Below, piece by piece: positions 14,004-27,230 of a stretch of DNA of 64,000 nucleotides. The DNA is from Callorhinchus milii (taxonomy: Eukaryota), in contig NW_024704742.1 in NCBI RefSeq assembly GCF_018977255.1, positions 109,432,001 through 109,496,000 on the forward strand, given 5' to 3'. Numbering within the stretch: the first letter of the stretch is position 1; each line of letters opens with the position of its first letter. The translations under genes were made by a program, and so were the position numbers. Below the pieces are notes generated by a model. The model had not been told where the DNA came from. It saw only the letters and a program-made list of their open reading frames with translations, and did not search any database.

Positions 14004-14056
14004 CATCATCATCATCTCTTGAACTTGGGTTTGAATCCAGCCAGTTTGGTGAGATG

Positions 14057-14502
14057 AAAAGTATTCTCCTTATTGGTTATGAAGAATGCTTTGCGATGCA
14101 AAGGGCTATGTCTTATGTAAAATTAATTTGGGAAGTCTGTCTAATTTCTATCAGAAGCCAACTCCTTGAAATTATGGGACAGAATTGATAAATACTTGTG
14201 AGCAGTGCTTTATTGTAATGCATTTAATAACTTCACAACAAAACATCCTTTGGCCTTACAGATATCCTAATGTCACTTCCATAAAAACATCACTCATAGA
14301 CATTTAACTCTATCTGTCTGGCTATCAAATCCACAATGAAACATTTTCATATGAAACAGATTAGTATATTCGGGTTAAAGAACAAATTATTTTTTAAATC
14401 ATGTGCTCTTACCTCACAAATCTTATGTTTGCCAATCAAAAGTTTTCTTCTTATAGGTCATGAAGATTGCTTTGCTTTGCGATGCAAAGGGCTATGTCTT
14501 AT
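14057..14502 (+). repeat. About 60-bp direct repeat (14057-14116 / 14438-14502)
   Basis: Shared tgctttgcgatgcaaagggctatgtcttat (30 bp identical) plus a similar upstream part. Confidence 0.85.
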
Positions 14503-14649
14503 AATACTGAATATGCATTAATAAATAATGCATATTCAATATTATAAAATAGTATGTTATAAAACAATACTTACATAATCCAACTCTCCTTCTCAGTCCC
14601 CTCATTGGACTGCTTGCAATAGAGATGGCTAAATAACTACTGCACCATA

Positions 14650-15135
14650 GTCTATTTATAATAAATAATTCTTACATTTGATACAGAAAATTTCAATAGA
14701 AGCAAGTATCGAAATGCTTCACAGGATATACTATAATTTAAATAAAACAAGAGGTAATAAGAACAACTTGTGCTTATTTAGCCTTTATCATGTAAGGAAA
14801 TGTTTCACAGAGGCAGAGTGGGAAACCAAGCAGGTTGGGAGATAAATGGGTAGGCGAGAAGTGGCCAATAATGCAGCCAAAGAGACGGGTTTGTGAAAGC
14901 AGAGGGAAGGAGTGAGGTAGAGAGATTTAAGAAGAGAGTTCTACAGTGTAGGGACAAAGTGGTTGAAAGCTTGCCTACTGATGGTGCGGCGAAGGGTAGA
15001 GGCAAAGTGAAGCAAGCTGAGTTAGCAGAGTGGAAGAAATGGGTGGGAGCGGAAGACCACAGGAGATTATAGAGATAGGGTGGGACAAGGGCATGGAGAC
15101 ATTTGGAGATTAGAATAAGGAATTTAAAGTCAAGG
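14650..15135 (-). mobile_element. Degraded L2-type LINE 3' end
   Basis: Minus strand DFKFLILISKCLHALVPPYLYNLL resembles the L2 ORF2 motif FKILLL.YKALHGLAP.YL..LL; tail resembles the SINE tail. Confidence 0.75.
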
Positions 15136-17480
15136 GCAAGCTTCCTCTATCATGTTCCCAGATTTGGATTTGTGCCAGTGAAGCAACCTAATGCTATTAC
15201 GGTGTCTAATTTGCAAAATAGGGAAACTAGGTGATTCTGGAATCCTTTTCATTGGATGTTAATTATATATCAAGTGCACTTGCAATTCCCACAGTACACA
15301 TGGTTTACATATCTCGCAAATTAAACCTCTACGTATTAGGTTTCCCTAATAGAGCATGGTCAGTGTTTAAAAAACAGTGATGGACTTCACGCTGCTGTGC
15401 TGACATTGTAATTGTTCCCTGATGACTTTGATGTACCGTATCCTGCCTGACTTGAAATTTTTTTTGCACAGAGTCAAGCGAACTTTAGGGTCTTCAGAAA
15501 AAAAACACTAAAAAACACTAAAAAAACTGTTGATAGTCAATAATTTCAATGAAGTTTATTTGACTTATCTCTGTTACCATACTAATCCTGTTGCAGCTAT
15601 GCTCTTTGTGCCTTGGCCCTTCACCCAGCTTCTTAATAAAAAATACATCTTCTATAAATAAAGGTAGTTACTATGAAATAATTGATATATTCCTAGCCTG
15701 TGTGCACAGTAAAGGTTTGAAAAAGTGTAGTTTATAAAGTAATTTAGTGCTTTTGAATGGCTTTCAATTTAAGATAGTGAAAGGTCCACACAGGCAAACC
15801 TTGTTTTTGATCAGAAAGGGATCTGACATATGCAGGAATCCATCACCATACCTAAGAGTACCCAAACCAGACTGAAAGTTCTACATATATATTATGCCAT
15901 CTACACATGAAATTTTCCCCGTGTCTAGATTTTAATGCTTCGCTCTCCCTGAAGGGATGCACTCCGTTTACCAAATTTTGCAGGGTATTAGTTGGCAGCC
16001 ATGGCTTGGGAACCCCAGATTGTGCATTGTGGTATGCTGCCAAATCTATATAGCTTGCTTTTGAAACACTTTCTGGCAAACTTCCCTTTGTAAGGCGAGT
16101 TAGAAAGATAAAGAAAGTAAAGCCTTTGAAGGAAGTGAAGATATATGGGTTAATATGCTCTTTTGGTGATTGAGTACAGAACGTTAATAGTCATTTAGGT
16201 GCTTCATGAGAAGCTGTGATCTAGTTTTGAAGGTCTTTGCATTTTTTTAATTACTTGAAATGCTCTGTTAAATGCCCAGGCAAAGACCTGTGGAATTGTC
16301 AGAGGAAAACTGGCAGTGGTTGATGATAGTCATTGTGTCAGATTAACCCAATGATGTAGGTGCAATGCTCATTATTTTCCAGTTCTAAAGTCACCTTTTA
16401 AATTGGGGGTGATTCTGATGTCTGTGGAGGATATTTAAGCACATATCTGAAGGGTCTGCAGAATGCTGTTGCGGTAGGTTAAAGCCAGCAGAACTTTACC
16501 CTAGAGAAGGTGACATTTGTATCTGCAGCATACGGGACAGCTGAGCTGGAACAATCATATTAGGAGACAATTAGCAACCAGCAGTTTGTCTTTTGTCAGT
16601 GTGTGTATGTTCGACAGTCACGGGTGCCCTTGTGTGTACATTTACAGGAGCTATCATCAGTGCACGAGTAGATTTTCTCCATCGTACCAAAATAAACGAC
16701 ATAGTTTATCAATAAAGAAATTCAATCTGTCTTATAGGCATGAATTTCTTTGCCTTTAATGGTGTCTAGGATGATAATTTTACAAAATGTTAGATGATGG
16801 GAGCCATGACTGTGAAATGCAAAAGAGATTTTACAATTCTACCGTTTTGGTGAACTCCCACTGTTTTGCTTTGCAGGCTACATGAGATAACTGAAATTCA
16901 GATTTTAAAAGGAAGATATATTAAATAATCTCAATTCATGTTGGCTCCCTTTTTTGAAGATGTCATTCTATAACTACTCTATTGCTTTTTAACATTAATG
17001 TTTAAATGCCTCCGTTTTGGGATAAAATAATTTAGGCGGTTTTACTGAATAAATAAGTACTAAAATAAATGAGCGTAAGTTGACCACAATAAATCTAGTG
17101 GTCAACCGGGTCATTGGATGAATCAACAGAAGCTTTAATTTTTGTATCTGTTTGATGAAATAGTTAACTTGATAAATGCTATAAGTGTGTAAATAAAAAC
17201 ATTGAGGTCTCAAATCCAACTCCTGCCAGTAACGGGAAGTCACGTTGATACACGGAACCTCTCCAATGCTGTCTAGCTCTGGAGTGGAGATCTTATGGGT
17301 TGACCGTATTTGGCCATCCTTCCTGCCAGGGCATGACCATTAGGTTGTAAAAGGAACAAACAGATACATGACAAGAAAAGGTTACAAAAATAAAACCTTA
17401 ATTAAGAAATAAGCTGTGTGTCGATGGTTCTGTTGATATTACATTTTGACAACAATATTTTTTCCTGTTATCTTGTCTAG

Positions 17481-17600
17481 ATCTTTCTTGTTCTAGTTTG
17501 GAACTTTGAACTCTATATGATCCCACTTATCATACTCCTGCTCATGGTCTACAACTATGCTTTATTGGCAATGGGAAAGGACAACAGAACGATCTCTATG
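17481..17600 (+). CDS. MCTP1: MCTP-family (MCTP1-like) internal exon, 120 bp, phase 0/0: IFLVLVWNFELYMIPLIILLLMVYNYALLAMGKDNRTISM (transmembrane segment)
   Basis: Acceptor ttatcttgtctag|ATC and donor ATG|gtaaga. WNFELYMIPL and GKDNR match the MCTP1 region as I recall it (LFLFVVWNFELYMIPLVLLLLLTWNYFLIISGKDNRQRDT). Family certain, exact paralog not. Confidence 0.93.
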
Positions 17601-20145
17601 GTAAGAATTCTATTGCTTCTTTAATCCCTCCCATGCTGAAGCACTGCTTGACGACTGAGACTTTTAGAAGTTTAACCTGGAGGCAAATTCATAGCTTTTA
17701 CAAAGCTAATCTAATTCTCAACCACCTCCTCCCACAAAACACAGCTCTAACACATCAGTGTTTTATTGTATGTTGACACATTCCTCCCCAGCAAATGCCA
17801 TATTGAAAATTTTAAAAAATCATCTTATTATGAACATATGAACAAAATAACTGCTCTGTGACACTACCCGTGGGAAGGGGGCTGTATTGTTGTTTTTGAA
17901 CATTCAAGATGTAAACAATAACGAAGAACTGGAACAGAATGAAAAATAAAACAATGTAAACTGAATACAACCTTGTTGTTAAGAAGAATGGAGAACATAC
18001 ATTGTAAATTATTTACAGGCCAAACATCTTACAGGAGAGCACAGCTCACCTCAGATCATCTCTGGGGGAGGGAGCATCAGAATTTCTGCTACGCATTCAT
18101 TGTCAATAGTTTGAAATACAATTTGTGAAGCCTTGTTGGGATCTGTCACTCATTGTTAAAAGAGCAAAGCACATGGTTTCCTTTCTGATTCCAAGTACTG
18201 TATTGGTTGATGTGTTTTACTCTTCACTATAGCCATAACAATCAAATCCAGGAGGTAACATCGATTAGCCACAGGCTTGTAAATGTTACGATTGTTGTAG
18301 CGAGGCTTCTGCTCACCATGTTATTAATTTCAAGCTTACCTTATTACTGGAATAAAACTCCTGATTTGATCTCCACTCTGCTGAGCCTGCTTGTGAACAT
18401 ATGTAAGGATGGGATCAGTCACACTATCAGGACATTTCCTGGTGAAGTAGCCCACAACCACTCACTTTCCATATTCACACATGACGAAAGGCCACATAAG
18501 TGGATACATTTTTATCCAAGAAGGTATATGCGTTTGGGACTAATACCCTAATGTACAATTATCATTTTTTAATCGAAGGAAAAATACATGTTGTTTCCTC
18601 TATATTCACTGTATTTTTTTTCTCCTCAAATTTTCCTTCCAGTTTTCTTCCCTTTCCTCCCCAATCTTCAGGCAGGATCACAGATCCATTAGTGCAAGTG
18701 CCCTCTGAGCTCACCCAAGTGTCTTCTTCATGTGTGGATGCAGTATTTAAATAGTTGTGGGTGATTTCACCAAGGAAAGCATCACAGCTGTGATTCAGTC
18801 TATTCTCACGTGTCCCCATACACTGGAGATCAGAAGCAGGATATTTCCTCTCCTGAGTCCATAAAGGCTCCCTAAATGTTGCCTCTTTAAAGTTGAGTAT
18901 TGATTTGTTTTAGGTAGTTACAGTTTTAAAAATGGCTTTGTTAATCCTAGCTGATTTGGGAAAAAAAGCATTGATGGCTTTGGAGGAGGTCTGCTGTTTT
19001 GCCTCTCATTGGGGAATTGGTTGAGGTCCCGGCTGACCCAAGAAAGTCAAAGTGCAAATACCTTTTTAAAAAAATAAATCAATGACCTTCGATTGAAAAA
19101 ATAGAGACATTTCCCTGTTTCATTTTAATGTTTTCCCTACACTTCAGACTCCCAGTGTCACACACAGAATTCAGGGTGGGGTCCAGCTCGAAGGTTTGTA
19201 TCACTTGCCCCAGAAACAGTGAGTAGGAAATGCCCCGCAGCAGTGAAGAACCTATCATTATGGCGCAGCCTCATTAATTGTGCATTGGAAGGGGTAGGGC
19301 ATCATTTAATCAATAAATCAATCAAAATTGCCCCCCATTTCATTGAACCTGACTTAAAAACAACATACTCTGCCTTCTGAAGCACAGATACCAGCAGTCG
19401 CCATCTGGTTCCTTTTTCATTAGAGGAAACGTTCGGACTTGGCAGTTGGGCTAATTGAGTACTCAATCGGCCGTCCAGACTTTATAAATCTTCCAAATGT
19501 TGGGAATGTGGTGAGTCAACAAGGCTGCAAAAATGTTTCACCCGATTGCTTCAGAAGCATCATTTTAATATTTGATGACTTTATGAATTTAAAACTACTG
19601 TAATGACACATTGTTTGTTATCAATTACAATATGAGAAGACGAGCAAATATTCTACAGGTTAGCACTCCATCTAACTTGTTTTTTTGGGAGAAGCGGGTT
19701 TGCCGTATTTCTAGTTCCCCTTGTGATGAGGCTGATAGAGTTAATGGAGATGTGTTTACATCATATTTAAAAGCACTCTAGGCTACTTTGAAAGTTCTCC
19801 TAGATGAGCATTGACAGATGCTTGGGAAGAGACCACTATCAGTCAGACAGTTATACATGCTGGAAGGGAGAGGATGAGAGAAAGGCAAAAAGAAAGAACC
19901 ATGGGCAAAAAAATTTCCACTTGGACAGAAATTTGGATTTGATAATCTATTCAAATTAAGACCCAATTTACTTAATTTTAATATTTTGGACTGCAGATAC
20001 AGGGAAACCTTGTTATAGAGTGGTCAGCTGACCCTGCATTATAAGTGAGGCCAAGGTAAAATGGCCAATTTCCAAACTGCCAGGTTGCCGCTAAGATCAC
20101 GTTGTATGCATTGCATGCATGTGTGATCTGCTCAGGAAGCACCAC

Positions 20146-20371
20146 TGTTATCACTTTGTGAAGCAAGGCAATTCCTGCGCCCAGGAATCAGAGAAAGTGA
20201 TGTTTGTGGTACTTCCTGCTCATGTGTGTAATGCACTGGAAATGACTGCATTGACCTGACAAGCCAAAGTTGGCCAATTTTAGCACAAGAAACCCACTAG
20301 TCAGTGGCAGAAGCCAAGGGTACTTTGCTTCCGGTTATCATAAATCCGCAGTAGACCTGCTATAAGTAGAT
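20146..20371 (+). repeat. About 230-bp segment duplicated at 46032-46271, directly 5' of a SINE in both places
   Basis: tgttatcactttgtgaagcaaggca...gtagacctgctataag present in both; long identical runs such as agttggccaattttagcacaagaaacccactagtcagtg. Confidence 0.93.
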
Positions 20372-20730
20372 GGAGTCCTGTAGCTCAGTGGTTAGACCAC
20401 TCACCTCGGAAGAGAGAGATCTGGGTTCAATTACCATCGGGGTGAAATGTTGGGCCAGTTTCCTTACTCCGCACGCCTCTGTTTACCTAGCAGTAAGTAG
20501 GAACCCGGTTGTCAGACGATTGATTGATTGCTTTTCTAGGAGTAATAATCCTTAAAAAAAAATTAAAAATTGGGTCACTCAATACACGACTGTTTGTGGG
20601 ACACTGCTATGCACAATTGGCTGCTGTGTTTCACCCACAAAATATACAGTCAATTCACTTTATAATGTATTCTGTGAAACGATTTGAGAACGTCTCAAAT
20701 ACGTGATAAAGCGCTATATCAAATGCAAGC
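20372..20730 (+). mobile_element. Full-length tRNA-derived SINE, long subfamily, inside a host repeat
   Basis: Head ggagtcctgtagctcagtgg through tail tatcaaatgcaag; ctataag on both sides (probable TSD). Confidence 0.9.
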
Positions 20731-21225
20731 ACTATAAGCAAGCCAGTGCTTTATTGAAGAGCATTATTATGCAGTAATTCGAAGAGTTTTGGAGTATGTA
20801 GTTTATTGTTTTGGAAAATAAATTGTGAGATTACTTTAGGCAACTTTAATGTATTACCAAATATTTCAACTTTTTTTTCTTGTATTTTGTTTCTGAATAT
20901 TTTTGATCATACCACAAGGTGATATATAGTTTTTCAACTAGGCTGGCATCTCCATGGCCCAAAAGCTAATTCCTTAATCTATCCAGTTCGACAAGTTTAG
21001 TTTAAAAAATTTGGGGGATATTTCAGACATCAAGACACTCACATACGTTTTCCTTCATTAGGGACCACAGGTTAGAATGCTAGGTGAGCATACGTGAGGG
21101 CTCCTCCAAGAGTACCAAACCAGTTCAGCTCTAGCAGGGCTAACCCTCAAGTCTGATAAGTCTGATAAATGCATTAGATATGTGACTGCAGTTTGAATCT
21201 GCTCGCATCCAATAGTTGAACTTGT

Positions 21226-21547
21226 GGAGTCCTGTAGCTCAGTGGTTAGAGCACTCGCTTTGCAAGTGAGAGACCTGAGTTCAATTCCAGGCAGGGCGAA
21301 ACCTTGGGCAAGTTTCCTTACTCCACACGCCTAATAATAATCCCTCCAAAAAAACAAAACAATAATAAATTGGTCATTTTCAATCCATGACTGTTTGTGG
21401 GACATTGCTGTGCGCAATTGGCTGCCGCATTCGCCCACAAATATACAGTCAATTCACTTTACAGTGTGTCTGTGAAGCGCTTTGGGACGTCCTCCCGACG
21501 TGAAAAGCGCTATATCAAATGCAAGGATTATTATTATTATTATTATT
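21226..21547 (+). mobile_element. Full-length tRNA(Ala)-derived SINE, short subfamily
   Basis: Head ggagtcctgtagctcagtggttagagcactcgctttgcaagtgagag (A box, TGC anticodon arm), B-box-like gagttcaattcc, DeuSINE-type 3' part tgtttgtgggacattgctgtgcgcaattggctgcc, (ATT)n tail; many copies in the window. Confidence 0.92.
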
Positions 21548-24500
21548 GTGATCAAACAACAAGTAAACAATGGAGTTTTCAGTAAAGTTGTTTCAACATT
21601 AATCATTTTTGTACATAAAACGTATCAGTTAGTCCACTCTCGGATATCATATTTGATAATATAAATTAATTGAGAATGTCTGAAAACAATGTATATTTCG
21701 AGGCCCCCCCGCCTTAGTGACGAGGAAATTATTTTGGTGTCTGATAAGAGACACCCATTTCTACGTTGAAATTTATATCCAGTCGCCAGTGCAGACGTGA
21801 TCTTTGCCCTTACACATCATTTCTCACCATGGCCCCCATTGCAAACGAAGCAGACTTTACATGATCTCAACAGGCACGAAAGGCATACTCCATAGAACAG
21901 ACTGAGCTCTGACAAACTGAGCCACATAATGCAATTTCAGAAAAATGTTCAGTTGAACAAGACAATATGTGTGAACAGTACATACCCTAGTTATTGCTGT
22001 TTGCAGATAAGAGTTAATATTTTGTGATATCAGTGCTTGATATCAAACCTGTCAAAAATCATCAAAGAGTCTATGGAGCAGGAAATTTTTTTTGACAAGA
22101 GTAAACATATAAAACACTGAACCAATGCAAGATGTTTGACATTTCAGTCAGTATTTTAGTAGTGAACCTTTCTCACAGATACTTGAGTTCCCCTTCTCCT
22201 GAACTTTAATCTTCCTTCCTGTACATGTACTATGTGCTCGGGAAGAACAGAAACAAAACAGGAATCAAGCAGTTGAACTCTAACTGACAAAAGAGTTCAG
22301 TTGACAGAATTCCATATGCCACCTCTGAAATTTCACAAACAAGCTAAACAGGTCAATCTTGTCACACAGTCTGTGGCTGAGATTCTTAAAGAACCTTGAT
22401 TTGGCGAAGAAAGCTTGTGCATAAATTTTGTGTTTTGCTGTTAGACAAATTATGAAACGAATAATGATTGTGATGAATCTAACTCCCTGTGAAGCTGTGC
22501 TTGTTTATTGGGGTGAAAAATGCAATGTTTCCTAATAGATTCGATGTCACATTAAATCTGTTACGAAACATCCCATTTTTCACCCCGTCAACTTTTAAAG
22601 TTTGAGACAGGGACAAGCTGGTGCTAAAACATTTTCCTCATATTTCCTCAGCTGAATCATAATCAATGTGGTTGAATTTGTCAGTGTTCTCTCTCCCATG
22701 ATGGTGATCCACTGGTGGTAAATTAAAGCATTGGCTTTGTTATCCAAGGACAAGGATTTTCCTGCTTTGGGCAGCCCCCAGCAATGGTGCATCCTGTTGG
22801 CAAACGATAATCTGCATAGTGCCTGTCACTGATAGAGTCTGTAGTAACTTTGAATGTAATTCCAGCTGGACGGAAGCCAGTGTGAATTTTTGGATGTTTA
22901 ACATGATCAGATCTCACCAGGGACTGCAGGGCAATATCAGTCAAGGATTTTGAAAGACATTTCTTTATGTGAATAGTTTTTGGACCATGAGGAGAATGCC
23001 TTGGCCTGCTGCCTGCTTATTACAGTGTATTACATAGACTGACGGTCACTAAGCAGGTCTTTGAAACATCTCACTTTTCCACCAAACTTAAACTGATAAA
23101 ATAGAAAAAAGGAGCCAGCATTCATCTCTCAAAATATACAAAGCCGAGGCATTGCAGCACCAGTAGGTCTGAGCTCAACAATCCCCAAGATGACAACTAG
23201 CTGATCTCAACTGATGGCAACAGAAGAGCTGCCAAGCAGAGACTGGCTACTTCTGCACAGGAAGAAAAGGAAACTCACTGTGCTGGTTCAAGAACAGGAC
23301 AATGGTGGCCTTAAAGCAAGCTGGTCATTTGGCCAGACAAGAATGTGAATTGTACAATGAGACTGAATCAGAGGGAAGTAAACAAATTAAAAATAGAGGG
23401 CGAATATGAGTTTATAAATATCTTTTTCTTGAGCCACGCAAGATGAGGACCTCTGAGGCAAGAAGCTAAAACCTTCTGGACTGCAGGTAACTCAAGAAAA
23501 TAATTTTCCCAAAGCAGAATCATCGAGGAAGGAGAGGCAAGCATCTATGCTTCAACTCCATTGCTATTTGAAAGTTGCTCCAACAGCCCTCTTCTGCCAA
23601 CTATGGACTTCAGTCGGAGCTAACACTGCTGTCTCCCACCTGGTTCAAACTTTAATCCCAACTTCCATTGATCTCACCCTTCGTTTTGTCACTTCTTCAT
23701 CCAAACCAATCTAGGGATCTTGTGAGAAGTTCTTCCATTGCTGCCATGATGACTTGATAGAGGTATACAAGAGTATCCTGGCAATAAGTCTTCCTTGGGT
23801 TTCTCATCCTTCTGGAGAAGTACACACTGAATGCCTGAAGTTGAAACTCACTAGTTTAGAAGACCCCGAATGTAAATTTGTTGTGTCATGAATTGGTGCT
23901 TCAGCAAAGGGCTCCTCATATTTACTAACTTATCACCCGACTGCTGAGTTGATATGATTATAAAGAGTCTGATGTATCTATAATTTTAATCATATACACT
24001 GTAGAGTTAGGAGGTGGGTTGATTCCATTTTTAATACATTGTTTGCTAACTATACATGTGGGGGATGCTCATGGTTGGTGGAGCCCACACTAATAGATGT
24101 GTGATGATGCTCACATTGAAGAATTCACAATGGTGACAATTATTGTGAAATAATGAATAGTACCTTAACAGGAACTATTCTAGTCACTACATACTCTAAT
24201 AATATCACAGCTAAATTTGTGGAACAACGTTGTTAATAATTCTGAATGTTAACTTCAAGAACCAACTATAAAAACAATCCTGCAGAGGGAGACAGAGTAC
24301 ATGAAATGACTAATTTCTGCCCGACTAATGAACATCTGCCAAGTCTAACTGAGAAATTCCTTTATCTCAAGGATCTGAGTAATAGATTTCTCTATTGTAA
24401 AATACACAGTGAAATTTGCAACAGATGTGTTGTTTATAGTCACCAGTCATCTTGAACAGATCAGAAAAAAAAGAACAAATGAAAAATAAAACATGCAGAG

Positions 24501-27078
24501 AAGAAATCCTAGCTGCAAAATGTACCTGATTGATATGCTTGGCACAACATCAGTGTGAATTTTCTTTACCCACTGATAGAACAGCATATTGTCACCGAAG
24601 TGTGAAGGTCCTCCTGAGCTATCAGTGCCACTACTAAGTGATACTGTGGACAAGGGATTTCTCAGTTGTCACTTGATAAAAGATAATAAAAGGTGTATTT
24701 TTCTAAAATGACAGGTTGAAATCCTCTGCCGAATTTGGCACATAAATAGTACTGATGAATCTTGCATTAATAAGCAATGATTATCTCCAAAGTAGTGCAG
24801 AAAAGTCTTCTTTAAATGAAAACATTCACCCATAGTTACTTGAATGGGATTCTTGCATTCACAAAGGGTTCATTGTATTCCTGCTCCCATCTGCACATTC
24901 ACAAGCCTTAACTACTAACAGCTTCACTGGTACTAATGTGACACATTGAGCAATCAAATCAAACAGTATCAGACTGTGTTTCTTTAACTTTTTCTCTCCA
25001 AACCAGCACCACCTGCCTGCAGCTTCTCTTTGCACCATGCGGTACATATGGTAGTGGATTAAAATCCACACAACTACAATTCTTCATTTTGATTGACTGT
25101 GTCTTTTATACCCAGTGATGCACTCTTATAGTCTCACTACTATGTGATCATTTCCTTGATGTATGTAACTACATTAAAGGAGATTTCAGATACTGGGAGT
25201 AAATGAAGCCTTTCAGTGATATTAATCAAACCAGACTCGCTTTTGTTTAAATAATTTGAATTTATAGGGTTTTTTTGATTCAGATATAATTGTGTTTGCA
25301 CATGAGTTGCTTTTGTTGGCTTGTTCAGTATTACTATGCTTCATTGTCTGGTGTTGTGAGAAGAAATGAGGCTTGCTGAGGTAGAATTCTTAATTGAGTC
25401 AATACATGGCTAAATAATAAACCAAAGTCGTCATTCCTATAGCAGAATGATCACCAAGTGCTGCACATGGAGACAGGGAATGAGGACAAGATTTTAAATG
25501 GAGAGAAAAAAGACTAGAGCCGGTACTTTCAGTTTAAAGTATTCTCACTAGATATTGGGGTATGAAAGAAAATATTTTCTTGTTATGAGGCATTGCCACT
25601 TCTCATTACCTGTAACACCTCCATCCTAGTCCTAGGCTGCATTGATAGCGTCATTGATGGGGATGAGCCAAATATGTCCAGGCTTATATTAAGTTATGGA
25701 GTGGGGGACAATCTGAAGTTGCCTGATTCCATGAAAGCATAATACAACATTGTATGCATTAATGCCCAACCTGAGCTTCAATATCCTGGGATGGGGAGGG
25801 CGTTCTGGGTTCAATCCTAGGCCAGTCCACAGCACTCACCCCATTAAACTCAATTGAGTCACTCTGGTGCAAATGCAACTTTTGTAACATAACTGGAATG
25901 GCTTTGAATGGGGGACCTCCATAAAGTAGAACAGCTTGGATTTTTCGTACAACAAATTTATTCTTTTATATAAAAACAAACCAGGCAAAATACTTTGAAC
26001 AGAAATTATTCTTTCCGGAGTCTTCTTCCTGTTTAAGTGCAGCATATCATGCACGATTATCATTCATTTTTGATTCTCTGTTAAAAAATGACTTTAAACG
26101 AGAAAGTAATAAAAATAGCAAAATTCCTACAGAGTCAGCAGCCAAAAGGTTAATGAGAAGTGGTCATAGGTTAGTAAATCTCTATGGCTTTGGACAAACT
26201 GGCTGTGCATTGTAAACCGGACTGATCAAAATGACTAATAACTAGGTTATTGACTCTCTGTGAAGTCAGCTGAACCATAGGTGCTGTGGACTGACCCCAA
26301 TGTTTCTAGACAGACCTCAATCCATTCGATGTCAATAACCTATTATTACATTTACACACATAAAATGTAAATCAATTGCCGCACAAACATATGTTGTGGT
26401 CTATTTATGTACCACGGGTCTTAGAGAAATCAAGTCCAGACTCGCTAGATTAATCGATGTCTAACTCAAATGTTTCTTATCGTGAGTTTTAGAAATAGTC
26501 GCTTGACCTCTATCCATTTCAATTTTCAGTAACTTTAAACATTTTGGATTTATTCAGACAGTCCTTTTGAATATTGTTTGAAATGAAAGGGATATTTCCC
26601 CCTTCGATAGATTGAAAAGTTGCACAACATTTTCTTTCAGTTACACCGCTCTTATCATAGGGATCAAAGTGTTCTCAAAGCATTTACTCACATAAGATGT
26701 TTCACTGCACTGTTGCCCTTACCTTTATTAACAAGTCCACAAATGCCTTATTGCTTGGAAATGACATATTTGTGCAAAACACTTGACTTTTGTTGTGATA
26801 TCTGCAGTGCTGCAAATATTGTTGAATAGCATTGCATTTTGATTTCTACAGTGGACTTTTGATTTGATAGATTTGAAAAAGATCTGAATTAATTCTTTAC
26901 ATGTATTCATGAAAGATGCTGGTTATTTTCAAAGGCTTTCATAATCTTCCCCCAATCAATTATCATACACTATGTGAAATTAATTGGTGTTCCTTGATAT
27001 GATTGAGGGGCTACATCAATTATTTAAAGACTTGTGTATCAATTAAATGCCAATCATGTTATGCCTGTACATTTTCAC

Positions 27079-27230
27079 AGGACTGGGTGGCACAGTTGGT
27101 TTCATCCTGTTGCCTCTGGGGCTTGAATCTAGCTAGATGAGCTAAACTGCTCTCTCTCTCTCTCCCTCTCAAGTAGCTGTAAGTGTCCTCAATGAAGTTA
27201 GTTTGACCAATCCTTTATTCTATTTTCTGA
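27079..27230 (+). mobile_element. Possible LF-SINE-like 5' remnant
   Basis: gggactgggtggcacagttgg...gcctctggggcttgaatctagc resembles the recalled LF-SINE head; a similar remnant lies at about 14017-14150. Confidence 0.35.

Noticed and set aside
21226..21298. tRNA-Ala(TGC)-like sequences (also 36079, 38189, 45188)
   Set aside because: They continue into a common SINE body and tail and lack a proper acceptor stem, so they are SINE heads, not tRNA genes.
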